Assembly: GCA_964529445.1 (NCBI GenBank)
Contig: CAZGWJ010000002.1
Span: 5,182-69,181, forward strand
Reading direction: 5' to 3'
Source: an uncultured bacterium
GTDB taxonomy: Bacteria; Oederibacteriota; Muellerivitia; Muellerivitales; Muellerivitaceae
Length of the DNA stretch: 64,000 nucleotides
Position numbers and translations under genes: made by a program. Shown here piece by piece: positions 1 through 9,806 of this stretch (position 1 is the first letter of the stretch; each line of letters begins with the position of its first letter). The notes beneath the pieces were generated by a model that did no database searches, had not been told where the DNA came from, and saw only the letters and a program-made list of their open reading frames with translations.

Positions 1-620
1 CCCTCGCAGCGAGGATGAAGCGCATCGGGCTCGACCGGATCTTCTGCTCGCCCGTACCCCGCGCGGTCCACACGATGGAGTACACGGCGAGGGCCCTGCG
101 GATGAAACCCGTTTTCCTGGAATGGACGCGGGAACTCTCGGATCTGAGGACCGAGCAACCGCCCTGGGGACCCCTCATGGCCTGGGATACGCCGCCCGAA
201 GTGCTGAAATCCCCGGATAGAAGAAGTCCCCACCGCATCGACGACATACCGGCCTTGAAGGGCCTGCCGATTGCAGCCACTGTGAGACGCCTCCGTCGGG
301 AATCGGATGCCTTCCTGGGGAGGCTCGGGTACAGGCGGGAAGGGAAGCGCTACCGCATCCTCCGATCCAATCGCAAAAAGATCGCCGTTTTCTGCCACGG
401 GGGTTTCGGTCTCACCTGGTTGTCCCTGCTCCTCGAGATCCCGCTTCCCCTCATGTGGGGCAACTTCTGGCTGGCTCCGACCTCGGTCACGACCCTTCTG
501 TTCGAGGAACGCTCCCGACGTTGGGCCACGCCCCGCGCCATCGGGGTCTGCGACGTCTCCCACCTTGATGCCGCGGGACTTCCCATTTCAACGCACGGGC
601 TGAAGGCCAATACGGCATAG
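1..620 (+). CDS. histidine phosphatase (phosphoglycerate mutase-like) family protein, 5'-truncated at window edge
   Basis: Frame open from window start. CSPVPRAVHT motif typical of the histidine phosphatase superfamily. The N-terminal RHG catalytic region would lie upstream of the window. Confidence 0.55.
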   Translation, partial: LAARMKRIGLDRIFCSPVPRAVHTMEYTARALRMKPVFLEWTRELSDLRTEQPPWGPLMAWDTPPEVLKSPDRRSPHRIDDIPALKGLPIAATVRRLRRESDAFLGRLGYRREGKRYRILRSNRKKIAVFCHGGFGLTWLSLLLEIPLPLMWGNFWLAPTSVTTLLFEERSRRWATPRAIGVCDVSHLDAAGLPISTHGLKANTA

Positions 621-717
621 CACATCGGCCGGCACGCTTTTTCGGAAGGGATCGTCCGGCGGGCATGCTCTCACATATGTATATTTTTTGTCTTATCTAT
701 TCGAAAGGGGCGGAGGG

Positions 718-1191
718 TTATTTTCGCGCCTTCTCGAAGGCCTTCCGGAGCCGCTTGTCGTAGCGGTCGTTGGGGGCCTGTTTCCGGGGCCAGGCCAGGC
801 CCGCCCGCACCAGCTCCTCGTTGAGCATGGACCCGTCGGGGAGGAAGACATAGGCGAGCAGGTTGCCCGATTTGTCATAGGTTTGCCGGTCCAATTCCAG
901 CCATACGCTCTTTCCCGGCTTGGCCCGGAACGCCACGAAGGCCTTGGCCTTGTCGCCCTTGGGGTTGGGTTCACGGTTGAAGCGGTCCCGCAGGGTCTTG
1001 GAGGTGGGGTCCTGGCAGGTAATGCCCAATAGGCGCACCCGTTCGATCCGTTCCCCCACCCGGACGAGGAGGGAATCGCCCCCCAGGACGCTTTGCACCA
1101 CCACTTCGTGCTTCTCGGCGGCCGCCAGGGGGGCGAAGGCCGCTCCGATCAACCCCGCCATCGCGAGCCATGCGAATCCGGATCTCCTCAT
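718..1191 (-). CDS. secreted thermonuclease (staphylococcal nuclease-like, SNase)
   Basis: N-terminal signal peptide (MRRSGFAWLAMAGLIGAAFA). SNase-like core (GDSLLVR..ERVRLLGI..NLLAYVFLPDGSMLNEELVRAGLA). Confidence 0.7.
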   Translation of the reverse strand: MRRSGFAWLAMAGLIGAAFAPLAAAEKHEVVVQSVLGGDSLLVRVGERIERVRLLGITCQDPTSKTLRDRFNREPNPKGDKAKAFVAFRAKPGKSVWLELDRQTYDKSGNLLAYVFLPDGSMLNEELVRAGLAWPRKQAPNDRYDKRLRKAFEKARK

Positions 1192-1263
1192 CGGTGTCCC
1201 TCCTATCCATCGGCGGTTGAACGGCGGTTCGACGTCAGCCGGCGGTCCATACCCGCAAAACGA

Positions 1264-2643
1264 TCATTTGCCGATGCAAAACGTGTTGAAGATCTCTTCG
1301 AAGGCCTCGGTCGACAGGTCTTTTCCCCGGATTCGACCCAGGGCTTTCGCGGCCGAGCGAAGGTCCTCCGCCCAGACGTCCAGGGGCCTTCCGGCCTGCA
1401 TGGCCTCCCCCAATCGGACAAGACAAAGGACGGCTTCCTCGATGAGGGTCCGATGCCGGGCCGACATCAGCGTCACATCCTCCCCCAGGAGGGCCCCGCC
1501 GATCGCCGCTTCCAGGACCTCGACGACTTCCATGAGCCCCAAACCGGTCCTGCAGGAAACACCCAGACATCGGTCATCCGACAAGAGCCCCATGTCCTTC
1601 TTCCAGGCATCCGGCGCTTCCAGAAGGTCCGTCTTGTTGAACAGGTACCAGGTGCGGTCCTCCGGCAGTTGCGCGGCGTAGGAGTCCTGAACCCCGGCTT
1701 CCGGTGCGCTGGCGTCCACCATCCACAGGACGACATCGGCCTCCTGGATGGCCTGTCGGCTCCTGCGGATGCCTTCCTGCTCCGTTTCCTGGGCGCCTTC
1801 CCTCAGGCCCGCCGTGTCGAAGAGACGGATCGGGACCCCTTTCAGGTTCAAGTCGCCCTCGATCACGTCCCGCGTGGTCCCGGGATGCGGCATCACGATG
1901 GCGCGATCCCGGCCCAGGAGAGCGTTCAAAAGGCTGGATTTTCCGGTATTGGGAGGTCCGGTAATGGCCACCTTTAAACCGGATGTGAGCACTTGCCCCT
2001 TGCGATAGCTTTCCACCAGCCCCACCAGTCTTTCCCCTGCCGCGGCGACGGCCTTCTCGAATTCCTCCCGTTCGAGGGGAGGCAACCCTTCGTCGGGAAA
2101 CTCGAGCCGGGCTTCCACCTTGAGAAGAAGTTCCTTGAGGGTCTGCTCGACGGGGTCCAACCGGGTGGCGAGCCCTCCGGTCAACTGTCGCAAGGCCTCC
2201 CTCCGGGCGGCCTCGCCCTGGGCCGAGACGAGGGCCTGGACGGCCTCGGCCTGGGAAAGATCGAGACGCCCGTTCAGGAAGGCCCGATAGGTGAATTCGC
2301 CCGGATGCGCAGGAAGGGCTCCCTGGGCGACAAGGGCCGAAACCAGCTTTTCAAGAAGGGAAGGACTGCCGTGCGCGTGGAACTCGACGACATCCTCGGC
2401 CGTATAGCTCTTCGGACCGGGCATGACCAGCAGAAGGCCCTCATCCAGGACCTCGTCAGTGGCGGGGTCCCGGAAAGCGCCCGTTCGCAGCGACCGTTCC
2501 CGTGTCAGCGGCCGGCTCCCCACGAAAAAACGGGAAGCGATGGCGAAAGCGTCGGGCCCCGAGAGACGCACGATGCCGACACCCCCCATGCCGGGCGGGG
2601 TGGCGATGGCGCAGATCGTGGAATCCATAGGGTTCATGGGCAC
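1264..2643 (-). CDS. mnmE: tRNA uridine-5-carboxymethylaminomethyl modification GTPase MnmE
   Basis: 459 aa with MnmE N-domain, G-domain (GPPNTGKSSLLNAL, DTAG) and the diagnostic C-terminal CIGK. Sits downstream of jag/yidC as in the canonical operon. Confidence 0.93.
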   Translation of the reverse strand: MPMNPMDSTICAIATPPGMGGVGIVRLSGPDAFAIASRFFVGSRPLTRERSLRTGAFRDPATDEVLDEGLLLVMPGPKSYTAEDVVEFHAHGSPSLLEKLVSALVAQGALPAHPGEFTYRAFLNGRLDLSQAEAVQALVSAQGEAARREALRQLTGGLATRLDPVEQTLKELLLKVEARLEFPDEGLPPLEREEFEKAVAAAGERLVGLVESYRKGQVLTSGLKVAITGPPNTGKSSLLNALLGRDRAIVMPHPGTTRDVIEGDLNLKGVPIRLFDTAGLREGAQETEQEGIRRSRQAIQEADVVLWMVDASAPEAGVQDSYAAQLPEDRTWYLFNKTDLLEAPDAWKKDMGLLSDDRCLGVSCRTGLGLMEVVEVLEAAIGGALLGEDVTLMSARHRTLIEEAVLCLVRLGEAMQAGRPLDVWAEDLRSAAKALGRIRGKDLSTEAFEEIFNTFCIGK

Positions 2644-2675
2644 ATCATAGCCGCCGATGGACGCCGATTCACGAT

Positions 2676-2716
2676 GAAAACAATAAAGGCCCCGCCCCCA
2701 ACGGGGGCAGGGCCTT
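2676..2716 (-). terminator. stem-loop plus T-run downstream of jag (minus strand), between jag and mnmE
   Basis: GGCCCCGCCCCC-AACG-GGGGCAGGGCC hairpin. On the minus strand it is followed by TTTATTGTTTTC. Confidence 0.4.
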
Positions 2717-2742
2717 GAAGGCGACTTGCCGGTCGACGGTGA

Positions 2743-3774
2743 TCAGCGGTTGCCGATGTCGTCGCTCACCGGGGTCTCGACGGGCATCACATTGCCCGGC
2801 TCGGGGGCTTCCTCCCCGGAAACGGCCGGCGCAACCGGGACGGACGGTTCCCCCGGCCCGGCCTCTTCCACCGGATTTTGCGGTTTCGGAGCCTCCTTGA
2901 CCTTCAGGTTCTTCGGGATGATCACGACGCGGCGGCGAAGTCCCTCCCCGCGGCTTTGCGTGGAGACCTCGGCATCGTCCTTCAACGTCATGTGAACGGT
3001 CCGCCGGTCCCTCGCGCTCATCGGACGCAGGGAAACCTCCTCGCCCGCTTCCTTGGCCTTGGCGGCCAGCGAAAGGGCGAGTTCGCGAAGCTTGTCGTTT
3101 TGCCGCTCGTGATAGCTCTCCACGTCCACGAGCACGAGGCTCTTCTCGTCGACGGTCACGCGCTGAAGGATCTTCTGGACGATGTACTGGACGGCCTCCA
3201 GGGTCTGGCCGTGGCGCCCGATGAGCACGCCTCCGGAGGGCCCCTGGATATCCAGGACGGCGTTTCCATCCCCGTCCCGCCGGCGTTTCACCTTGTCGGG
3301 CAGGCCCATTTCCTTCAGGATCTTGTTCAGGACCGTTTCGCCGTAGTTCTGAGCGGCCTCCGCCCCCAGTTGGACCCGGATCATGGCGGGTTTGAAACCC
3401 AGGATGCCAAGAAAGCCCTTCGAGCCCTCTTCGACCACCTGGATCTTCATCTGGTCGCGCCCGACTCCGAGGCGACGGGAAGCCTCCTCGATGGCGTCCG
3501 CCACCGATCGTCCCGTGATCTCGATCCCGGGTTCCCCCCTCCGACGCGGTTCGTCCTCGCCCATCCTCCTCTCGGGCCGGGGACGACGATCACGGTCCCT
3601 GTCGCGATTCCCGCCCGGACGTCCATATCCGCGATCGCGATCCCTTCCCCGGTCGTCGAATCCCCGGTTGCCGCGATACCCCCCTCGATCCCCGCCCCGG
3701 TTCGAACGCCCCCCCCGACCGGGTCTTCCGCCGCGGTCGTTGCGGCGCTGGTTTCCGTTCTGTTCCTTGTTCAT
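2743..3774 (-). CDS. jag: RNA-binding protein Jag/KhpB (Jag_N, KH, R3H) with an RG/RGG-rich disordered extension
   Basis: Start moved to internal ATG (MNKEQ...), which overlaps the yidC stop as ATGA. The Jag_N block (IEITGRSVADAIEEA) and KH/R3H regions are present. An RGG/RD-repeat stretch of about 80 aa precedes Jag_N. Confidence 0.8.
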   Translation of the reverse strand: MNKEQNGNQRRNDRGGRPGRGGRSNRGGDRGGYRGNRGFDDRGRDRDRGYGRPGGNRDRDRDRRPRPERRMGEDEPRRRGEPGIEITGRSVADAIEEASRRLGVGRDQMKIQVVEEGSKGFLGILGFKPAMIRVQLGAEAAQNYGETVLNKILKEMGLPDKVKRRRDGDGNAVLDIQGPSGGVLIGRHGQTLEAVQYIVQKILQRVTVDEKSLVLVDVESYHERQNDKLRELALSLAAKAKEAGEEVSLRPMSARDRRTVHMTLKDDAEVSTQSRGEGLRRRVVIIPKNLKVKEAPKPQNPVEEAGPGEPSVPVAPAVSGEEAPEPGNVMPVETPVSDDIGNR

Positions 3775-5489
3775 TTGGCTTGTATCCTCGCCTTCTTCAG
3801 TTGCCGGTTCACCATCTTCTGCTGAACGATGGACAGCAGGTTGGTCACCACCCAGTACAAGAGGAGCCCCGAGGGCCATTGCATCGAGATGGCGGTGAGA
3901 AAAACCGGGAAAAACCACATCATGAACTTCTGCTGGCCACCCTGGGCCGATTGGCCCATCTGGCCGGACACCCTCTGCTGGACGATCATGGAGACACCCA
4001 TCAGAAGGGGTAACACATACGACGGATCCCTGAGGGAGAGATCGCGGATCCAGAGGATGAAGGGGGCGCCGCGGAGCTCGACCGTGTGGACGAGCGTGGC
4101 GTAGAGGGCAAAGAAAACCGGGATCTGAAGGAGCATGGGCAGACAGCCCCCCATGGGATTAATGCCGGCTTTCTGGTAGAGGACGCTCATTTCCTGCTGT
4201 TGCTTGGTGCGATCGTTGGCGTATTTCTTCTTCAAAGCCTCCAGCTGGGGCTGGATGTCCTTCATCTTGCGCTGCATCTCGGACATGTGGATGTAGGAGG
4301 AGTGGGTGGGCCACCAGAGGAGGATTTTCACGAGGATCGAGAGCAGGATGATGGCCAGTCCCCAGTTCCCGAACCACTCGAAGAAGATCTTGAGCAGCTT
4401 CAACATGTACACGCTGATGAAACCGAACATCCCGAAATCGAGAACCCGGTCCAGCTCCAATCCCAGTTCCTTGAGAGGACGGTATTCCTGGGGCCCCAGG
4501 AAAACGCGTCCCGAGCGTCGGAATGCCTCCCCCTTCAAGAGGGAAGGAACGGCGTAGGTGAGGATCGGGCGCGGTGCGAAGGACTTGGGATCGATGGCCG
4601 GCTCAAGCTCCTTCTCGGTGGCCGGCAGGAAGGCGTTGAAATCGCGTGCCACCCGGGCCCCGGCCGGGGTCGCGGGATCCGGGATCAGGGCGGCCACGAA
4701 GAACTGGTCCGCCAAGGCCGCCCAGGACACCGGGGCCGGGACGATCACTTCCTCCCGTGTCTTCTTGGTCTTCTGGGTCTCCATCTTCCCGCCGGCGAAG
4801 GTGGCCACGCGCAGGCCGCCGGCCTGCGATTGCGTGCCCGTGAATTCCTCGATGCCCAGCGAGGGGGCCCATTCCATCGACATCGTCCCCGAGGGGAGCT
4901 CCCGGCGTCCCAGGTTCTTGACCGCCACCTCGTACCCGAACAAATAGGACCCGTTGGTGAAAATGAATGACTTCTCGACCCACACGCCTTCGCTGGTCCG
5001 CGCCCGGAAAAGCAGGCGGTGGGTTTCCCCTTCCGTCGAAAGTTTTTTGGATTCGCCGACGAACTCGAAAGGAAGCGTGGAGAGCCCCGGAAGGGCCGGG
5101 TGCGAAAGGGTCAGGGGACTGGGTTGTTCGGGATGGACGTGGACGAGCTGGACGGGTTCCTTCGTGCGCCGATCCTTGAACCGGGCCAGGGAGTATCCCG
5201 TCAGCACGGCGCCTCGGCTGGAAAACACCGCCTCGTAGTCGTCGGTGACGATCGTCACGGATCGAACGGGGATGTCCGCGGCCTGGCGGACGGGGGGAAC
5301 GTTCTCGACAACCTTCTCGACGCGGGAGGAGGAAGTGACGTCTCCCGAGCTCTTCGCGGTCGATGCGGCCGCCGGGATGGAGCCGGCGGTCGAGGCGGGC
5401 GGCGGAGGCGGGGCGGCGAATTGGCTCCAGACGACCAGGATCAGGGTCGATAGGATGAGGAAAATGAAAAAGCGTCCTTGGTTCTCCAA
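3771..5489 (-). CDS. yidC: membrane protein insertase YidC
   Basis: 572 aa with an N-terminal TM anchor, a periplasmic domain and the C-terminal 5-TM YidC core (WGLAIILLSILVKILLWPL..). Its position between yidD and jag matches the canonical operon. Confidence 0.93.
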   Translation of the reverse strand: MENQGRFFIFLILSTLILVVWSQFAAPPPPPASTAGSIPAAASTAKSSGDVTSSSRVEKVVENVPPVRQAADIPVRSVTIVTDDYEAVFSSRGAVLTGYSLARFKDRRTKEPVQLVHVHPEQPSPLTLSHPALPGLSTLPFEFVGESKKLSTEGETHRLLFRARTSEGVWVEKSFIFTNGSYLFGYEVAVKNLGRRELPSGTMSMEWAPSLGIEEFTGTQSQAGGLRVATFAGGKMETQKTKKTREEVIVPAPVSWAALADQFFVAALIPDPATPAGARVARDFNAFLPATEKELEPAIDPKSFAPRPILTYAVPSLLKGEAFRRSGRVFLGPQEYRPLKELGLELDRVLDFGMFGFISVYMLKLLKIFFEWFGNWGLAIILLSILVKILLWWPTHSSYIHMSEMQRKMKDIQPQLEALKKKYANDRTKQQQEMSVLYQKAGINPMGGCLPMLLQIPVFFALYATLVHTVELRGAPFILWIRDLSLRDPSYVLPLLMGVSMIVQQRVSGQMGQSAQGGQQKFMMWFFPVFLTAISMQWPSGLLLYWVVTNLLSIVQQKMVNRQLKKARIQAK

Positions 5490-5513
5490 AGAAGACCCCC
5501 GTACTCTTTTCTG

Positions 5514-5723
5514 TTATGGAACGGGGTGGAACCCTCCGGACGAAAAAGGATGGCAGCGACCCAAACGACGGAAGCCCAAACCCAGTCCCTTGACGACGCC
5601 GTGTCGTTCGATGGCCTGACGGGCATATTCCGAGCAACTGGGCGTGAACCTGCAGGACGGGGGGAGGTATGGCGAAATGAACCGCTGATAGCCCCGGATC
5701 AGGATTAAAAGTCCACGCTTCAT
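5514..5723 (-). CDS. yidD: membrane protein insertion efficiency factor YidD
   Basis: 69-aa C-terminal part of a longer ORF: [34 protein letters not shown].. This is the classic YidD hemolysin-like motif. The internal start was chosen by homology. Confidence 0.85.
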   Translation of the reverse strand: MKRGLLILIRGYQRFISPYLPPSCRFTPSCSEYARQAIERHGVVKGLGLGFRRLGRCHPFSSGGFHPVP

Positions 5724-5767
5724 GAAGGGTCCTTGACGATCCTCTGTCGTCCCGCGGCCCGAAACCC

Positions 5768-6145
5768 TCAAGGAGCGTCGGTCCGGGGACTCTTCGTCCG
5801 GTTCAGAAGGCCAGATCGCCGAGCCAGGGTCAGGAAGGAATTCCGTAGCTCTTCGAACGTGGCGTTCACGGCGCCGGGTTGGGGTATCACAATGACCTGG
5901 TACCCCCCCCTGAACGGCGCCATCTCCACCCGGTAGATCTCTCTTAAACGTCTCTTCACGAGATTGCGTTGGTGGGCCTTCCCGAGGGCCCGCCCCACCG
6001 AAACCCCGAACTTCCTCAAGCCCTCCGTGCCGGTGAATTGCACGTAAAGGGCAAGCTTCCCGTCCTTCAGCTTCTTGCATTGCTGGAAGACGGCCTTGAA
6101 TTCTCCGGATCCTCCCAACCGCTCCTTCCTGGGGAATCGCGGCAT
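5768..6145 (-). CDS. rnpA: ribonuclease P protein component
   Basis: 125 aa, basic, RnpA-like (FPRKERL...KRRLREI). Lies between rpmH and yidD. Confidence 0.88.
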   Translation of the reverse strand: MPRFPRKERLGGSGEFKAVFQQCKKLKDGKLALYVQFTGTEGLRKFGVSVGRALGKAHQRNLVKRRLREIYRVEMAPFRGGYQVIVIPQPGAVNATFEELRNSFLTLARRSGLLNRTKSPRTDAP

Positions 6146-6175
6146 GCGAAGATCCTTCCTACCGATCTCGGGAAA

Positions 6176-6313
6176 CTATTGGACGCTGACCCGCTTGCGT
6201 CCCTTTTGGCGACGGGACGACAAGACCCGACGGCCTCCAACACTCCTCATCCTTTTCCGGAACCCATGGACCTTCTGGCGCTTGCGCAGGTTCGGCTGGA
6301 AAGTTCGTTTCAT
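6176..6313 (-). CDS. rpmH: 50S ribosomal protein L34
   Basis: Not in the ORF track because it is under 60 aa. Hand translation of the minus strand gives [45 protein letters not shown] (45 aa), an unmistakable L34. Confidence 0.9.
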   Translation of the reverse strand: MKRTFQPNLRKRQKVHGFRKRMRSVGGRRVLSSRRQKGRKRVSVQ

Positions 6314-6379
6314 CTCGTTGGATCCTCACGTTCGGTGCCGCCCCGGATGGGGGGGCCCTTCGGGTTTGCCTTATAGAAA

Positions 6380-6420
6380 AGGGGGCTGATTCTAGCCCAT
6401 CCGGCGCCGGAGCGTCAACG
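6380..6420 (-). promoter_or_regulatory. sigma-70-type promoter for rpmH-rnpA operon
   Basis: Minus strand reads TTGACG, then 18 nt, then TAGAAT, about 70 nt upstream of the rpmH ATG. Confidence 0.5.
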
Positions 6421-6718
6421 AAAGCCGGGAACGGGCGGTTTTTCCGGGGGTTTATCCGGCGGGTCTCCCGAAGCCCTTCCTTTCCCGAACCGTGGTTTTC
6501 ATCCCGGCCCGGGGCTTTTCCTTCCACGACCCGGAACGGGAAGGCGGAGCCCCCTTCCCGCCTCCGGCATTCGGTGACGTCCGTCTGCGAGGGAAAGTCG
6601 GGGCTCCCCTCTGCATCCTGTTCGTCGTACTGGCCGGGAGCGGTCCTGCTAAACTAACCGCCACCGGAGCGGAAACAACCTCCTCGCCCCGATCCCCACG
6701 GCCCGGAAAAGGAACGCC

Positions 6719-7510
6719 TTGGACCTCCTGAAAACCCGGGAACTTTCCTATCGATATCCCGATCTCCCGTCCTTCCGGCTGGAGAACGTTTCGCTGTCTT
6801 TTGCCGGAGGATCCTTCACGGGTCTTTTGGGACCCAACGGTTCGGGGAAATCCACCCTCCTCAAACTGCTGGCCGGTTTCCTGAAACCGCGTTTCGGGAG
6901 CGTCCTCCTGGAAGGGAAGAACCTCCTCGGGATGGACGGAGGATGGCGGGCCCGAAGGATCGCCTTCGTGCCCCAATCCTTCCATGCGACCTTTCCTTTC
7001 ACCGCATGGGACCTGGTGCTCATGGGTCGTCATCCGCATCGGAACCGCTTTCGCCCCGTCGACGCGGAAGACCGGCGGATCTGCGAGGGGGCCTTGAAGC
7101 GTTGTGACGCCCTTCCTTTCAAGGACCGGCTATTGGAGGATCTTTCCGGCGGGGAGAGACAGCGCGTCCTTCTGGCCTCGGCCCTGGCCCAGCAACCCCG
7201 CATCCTTCTCCTGGACGAGCCCGCCACCTCCCTCGACTTGTCCCATCAGGTATCCCTCTTCGGCCTCCTGGGCGAACTCGTCAGGAAGGAAGGGCTTTGC
7301 GTGATCTGCGCCCTGCACGACCTGAACCAGGCGCTCCGCTCCTTCCCCCGCGTGGTGCTCCTGCAAGCGGGACGGGTGGCGGCGGACGGCATCCCCGCCA
7401 AGGTGTTGACCGGCCGGAATGTTCGCGCCATCTACGGGGTTTCGGTTCGTCGGGTCCCGGCTCCCGGTCGTTCCTTCCTGCTGATCCCCGGTAAGGTGGT
7501 TTCCCGATGA
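6719..7510 (+). CDS. ABC transporter ATP-binding protein, iron-siderophore/cobalamin (FecE/BtuD-like) subfamily
   Basis: Walker A GPNGSGKST, signature LSGGERQRV, Walker B LLLDEP. 4-nt overlap with the downstream permease. Confidence 0.85.
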   Translation: MDLLKTRELSYRYPDLPSFRLENVSLSFAGGSFTGLLGPNGSGKSTLLKLLAGFLKPRFGSVLLEGKNLLGMDGGWRARRIAFVPQSFHATFPFTAWDLVLMGRHPHRNRFRPVDAEDRRICEGALKRCDALPFKDRLLEDLSGGERQRVLLASALAQQPRILLLDEPATSLDLSHQVSLFGLLGELVRKEGLCVICALHDLNQALRSFPRVVLLQAGRVAADGIPAKVLTGRNVRAIYGVSVRRVPAPGRSFLLIPGKVVSR

Positions 7511-8508
7511 ACCGGAGAAAACCCCGCGCCGCCTTGCTGATCTCCTTCCTCCTGTTCATGGCGGCCCTCGGCGTCTGCCCGTTCGTGGGACCTGCCGATC
7601 TTTCCTGGCGGTCCCTGGTCCCCGGATCGACGCATCCCGATTCGGTCATCTTCTTCTCCGTGCGTCTTCCTCGCGTCCTGCTGGCCCTTCTGGCGGGTGC
7701 CGCCCTTTCCTGCGCCGGGGTCGTCTTCCAAACCGCGCTTCGGAACCCCTTGGCTTGCCCCTACACGCTCGGTGTGGCCGGTGGGGCTTCCCTGGGAGCC
7801 GTGGTCTCCTTTCTCATGCCCTGGCCCGCCGCCGTCGCGGGATTCCCCACCCTGACCCTGTCCTCGCTGGCCGGGTCGTTCTTCGCCATCCTTCTCGTCC
7901 TGGGCGTCTCCTCGTCCGTGCGTCCCCTTTCCGTTCCCACGCTGGTTCTCGGGGGCGTCACGGTCAATTTCCTGTTCAACGCCCTCGTCATCCTCCTTCA
8001 CCAAGCGGCGGATCCCGCCCAGGGAGCCTCGGTTCTTCACTGGCTCCTGGGAAGTCTTGACGCGGCAGACCCGCCCTCCGTCCTTCGATTGATCCTCGGG
8101 TTCGCGCCGGCGGTCATCCTGCTCCTCTTCATCGCACGCGACCTGGACCTCCTGGCGGCGGGGGAGGAGTTCGCCTCCTCGCGCGGCGTGGCGACCGCAC
8201 GGACCACGGCCCTCTCCCTGACGATTGCGTCCCTCTTGACCGGCCTCGTGGTGGCCCATGCGGGTCCGATCGGTTTCGTCGGCCTGCTCGTCCCCCACGC
8301 CCTGCGTCCGTTCACGGGACCCGGACATCGTCGCCTGCTCATCGCGTCGGGCCTTGCGGGGGGCGCGTTCCTCGCCTCCTGTGACGCCGTGGCGCGATCC
8401 ATCCTTTCCCCGGCGGAAGTGCCCGTGGGCGTGATCACGGCGCTCTTGGGAGGAACCGTCTTTCTGTTCCTGTTGTTCCGGATGAGGCGTCCCTTCTCCC
8501 TGCGATGA
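7507..8508 (+). CDS. FecCD-family ABC permease (BtuC/FepD-like)
   Basis: 333 aa with about 9 TM segments and typical FecCD motifs (LLVPH, ITALLGGTVFLFLL). Translationally coupled to the ATPase. Confidence 0.85.
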   Translation: MNRRKPRAALLISFLLFMAALGVCPFVGPADLSWRSLVPGSTHPDSVIFFSVRLPRVLLALLAGAALSCAGVVFQTALRNPLACPYTLGVAGGASLGAVVSFLMPWPAAVAGFPTLTLSSLAGSFFAILLVLGVSSSVRPLSVPTLVLGGVTVNFLFNALVILLHQAADPAQGASVLHWLLGSLDAADPPSVLRLILGFAPAVILLLFIARDLDLLAAGEEFASSRGVATARTTALSLTIASLLTGLVVAHAGPIGFVGLLVPHALRPFTGPGHRRLLIASGLAGGAFLASCDAVARSILSPAEVPVGVITALLGGTVFLFLLFRMRRPFSLR

Positions 8509-8849
8509 AAGCGACCCCCTCCACGATCGCGGTCCCTTCGAACGCGAACCCCCCTCGGCATCCCCGGGGAATCCTCCACCCGCCTTTTCCATCAACCTGG
8601 GAGTTATGAAAACCGGGCGATTCCTTTCCCGGGCAGGCACATTGCCTAATATTTGGAACAGCACATGTGGTGACGCCGAACAAATAATGTTCAAGACAAG
8701 TCTTTGTGCCAATAATCCCTAATATTGGTCGCGATTTTCAGGTATTAGAAAAATGGCCGTTTAGCGTTCAAATTGCAAAATAGTGGTATGCTCATTAAGG
8801 TAAACGTTGCCCCGTGGGATGTTTTCGAGCGTTTAATAAGGAGGATCTC

Positions 8850-9458
8850 ATGAGATTCCCGGCGAGGGTCGACAAGAAGAATCTGACTCGCGGTTTGCAT
8901 ACCTTGGGACGTCTCTGGTCGCGCGGCTTGGTCCCTGAAGATCTGGAACGCCATTTCATGCTCTATTGGTTCCTCATCTGCGGCGGCAACATCCTCGAGG
9001 CGGCTCGACGTCTCAAGATCCATCGCAACACCATCCAAGGATACTTCCTTCGCTTCCATTATTCGCGAAGGGCTGTGCGTCTCCGCCACGCCTGGATGCG
9101 CTTGAAAACGCGTTTCCCGCGCAAGGACGAGGCGCAACTCTTTCATGCCTTCTACGGTAAATACGGTTCGAAACCTTCCTTCGCAGGCGAGGAAACCCGA
9201 GGTCTCGTCTCACTCTGGTCCGCAGGTTTTCCCATGAAGGTCCTGAAAGCCCATTATCTGCTCTGGGCCTCCCGGAAAGGGAAGTCACGGGACTGGATCG
9301 AATCCCGTCTCGGTTTCTCCAACCGCCACCAATTGCGCATCTTCGGTTCGATCGGCCGTGCCGGCTCCCGCGAGAATTTCTGGTTGGCACCTCTGTCCCC
9401 GAAGCGCGACGAATGGTACCTGCCCCGCTATCGGAAGATCATCGCCCGCAAACGCTGA
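8850..9458 (+). CDS. hypothetical basic protein with Fis-type helix-turn-helix (putative regulator)
   Basis: Start moved to the ATG 6 nt after AAGGAGG. Putative HTH at GGNILEAARRLKIHRNTIQGYF. GC is about 56% against about 67% in neighbours. An AT-rich promoter region lies upstream. Confidence 0.5.
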   Translation: MRFPARVDKKNLTRGLHTLGRLWSRGLVPEDLERHFMLYWFLICGGNILEAARRLKIHRNTIQGYFLRFHYSRRAVRLRHAWMRLKTRFPRKDEAQLFHAFYGKYGSKPSFAGEETRGLVSLWSAGFPMKVLKAHYLLWASRKGKSRDWIESRLGFSNRHQLRIFGSIGRAGSRENFWLAPLSPKRDEWYLPRYRKIIARKR

Positions 9459-9569
9459 CGTCTCTTTCTCCCGCTTTTCGGCCCCCGGAATCCCCTTTCC
9501 GGGGGCCTCTTCTTTGGATGTCCTCCTTCCCGCTTGACTCCGTTCCTGCGCCGCCCTATGTTGTCCTGC

Positions 9570-9735
9570 GTTGTCACTCGAGGTGTTCGGGAAGCCGGTG
9601 AGATTCCGGCGCGGACCCGCCACTGTCAGGGACGTCGTATCGCGCGAAACCATCCCGCTCAGGGAGTCCACTGTCCCCCGTTGGGGACGGGAAGGACCGG
9701 CCAGCGCAGTCCCAAGCCAGGAGACCGGCCTCGAG
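9570..9735 (+). ncRNA. cobalamin (AdoCbl) riboswitch
   Basis: GGTGAGATTCCGG..CCCGCCACTGT core (GCCACTG at 9619-9625). GGGAAGG element. Near-consensus B12 box AAGCCAGGAGACCGGCC at 9714-9730. Confidence 0.85.
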
Positions 9736-9806
9736 GAAATGACCGTCCGTCCTCTCCGGGATCGAGGGGCGCGGTTCACCGGACCCTCGCTCCCGATGGC
9801 CCTTGA

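Noticed and set aside
1993-2718. Long plus-strand ORFs overlapping mnmE. The same applies to 2878-3825 over jag, 4086-4970 and 4603-5637 over yidC.
   Set aside because: Antisense or shadow ORFs typical of high-GC DNA. Products are Arg/Ala/Pro/Gly-rich with no motifs. The minus-strand genes have unmistakable homology.
6421-6718. Possible second riboswitch or ncRNA in the 300-bp ORF-free leader of the ABC transporter genes.
   Set aside because: Contains GGTGACG and GGGAAAG-like fragments but no B12 box or GCCACTG core. More likely just the promoter and leader. The rpmH promoter occupies the left part.
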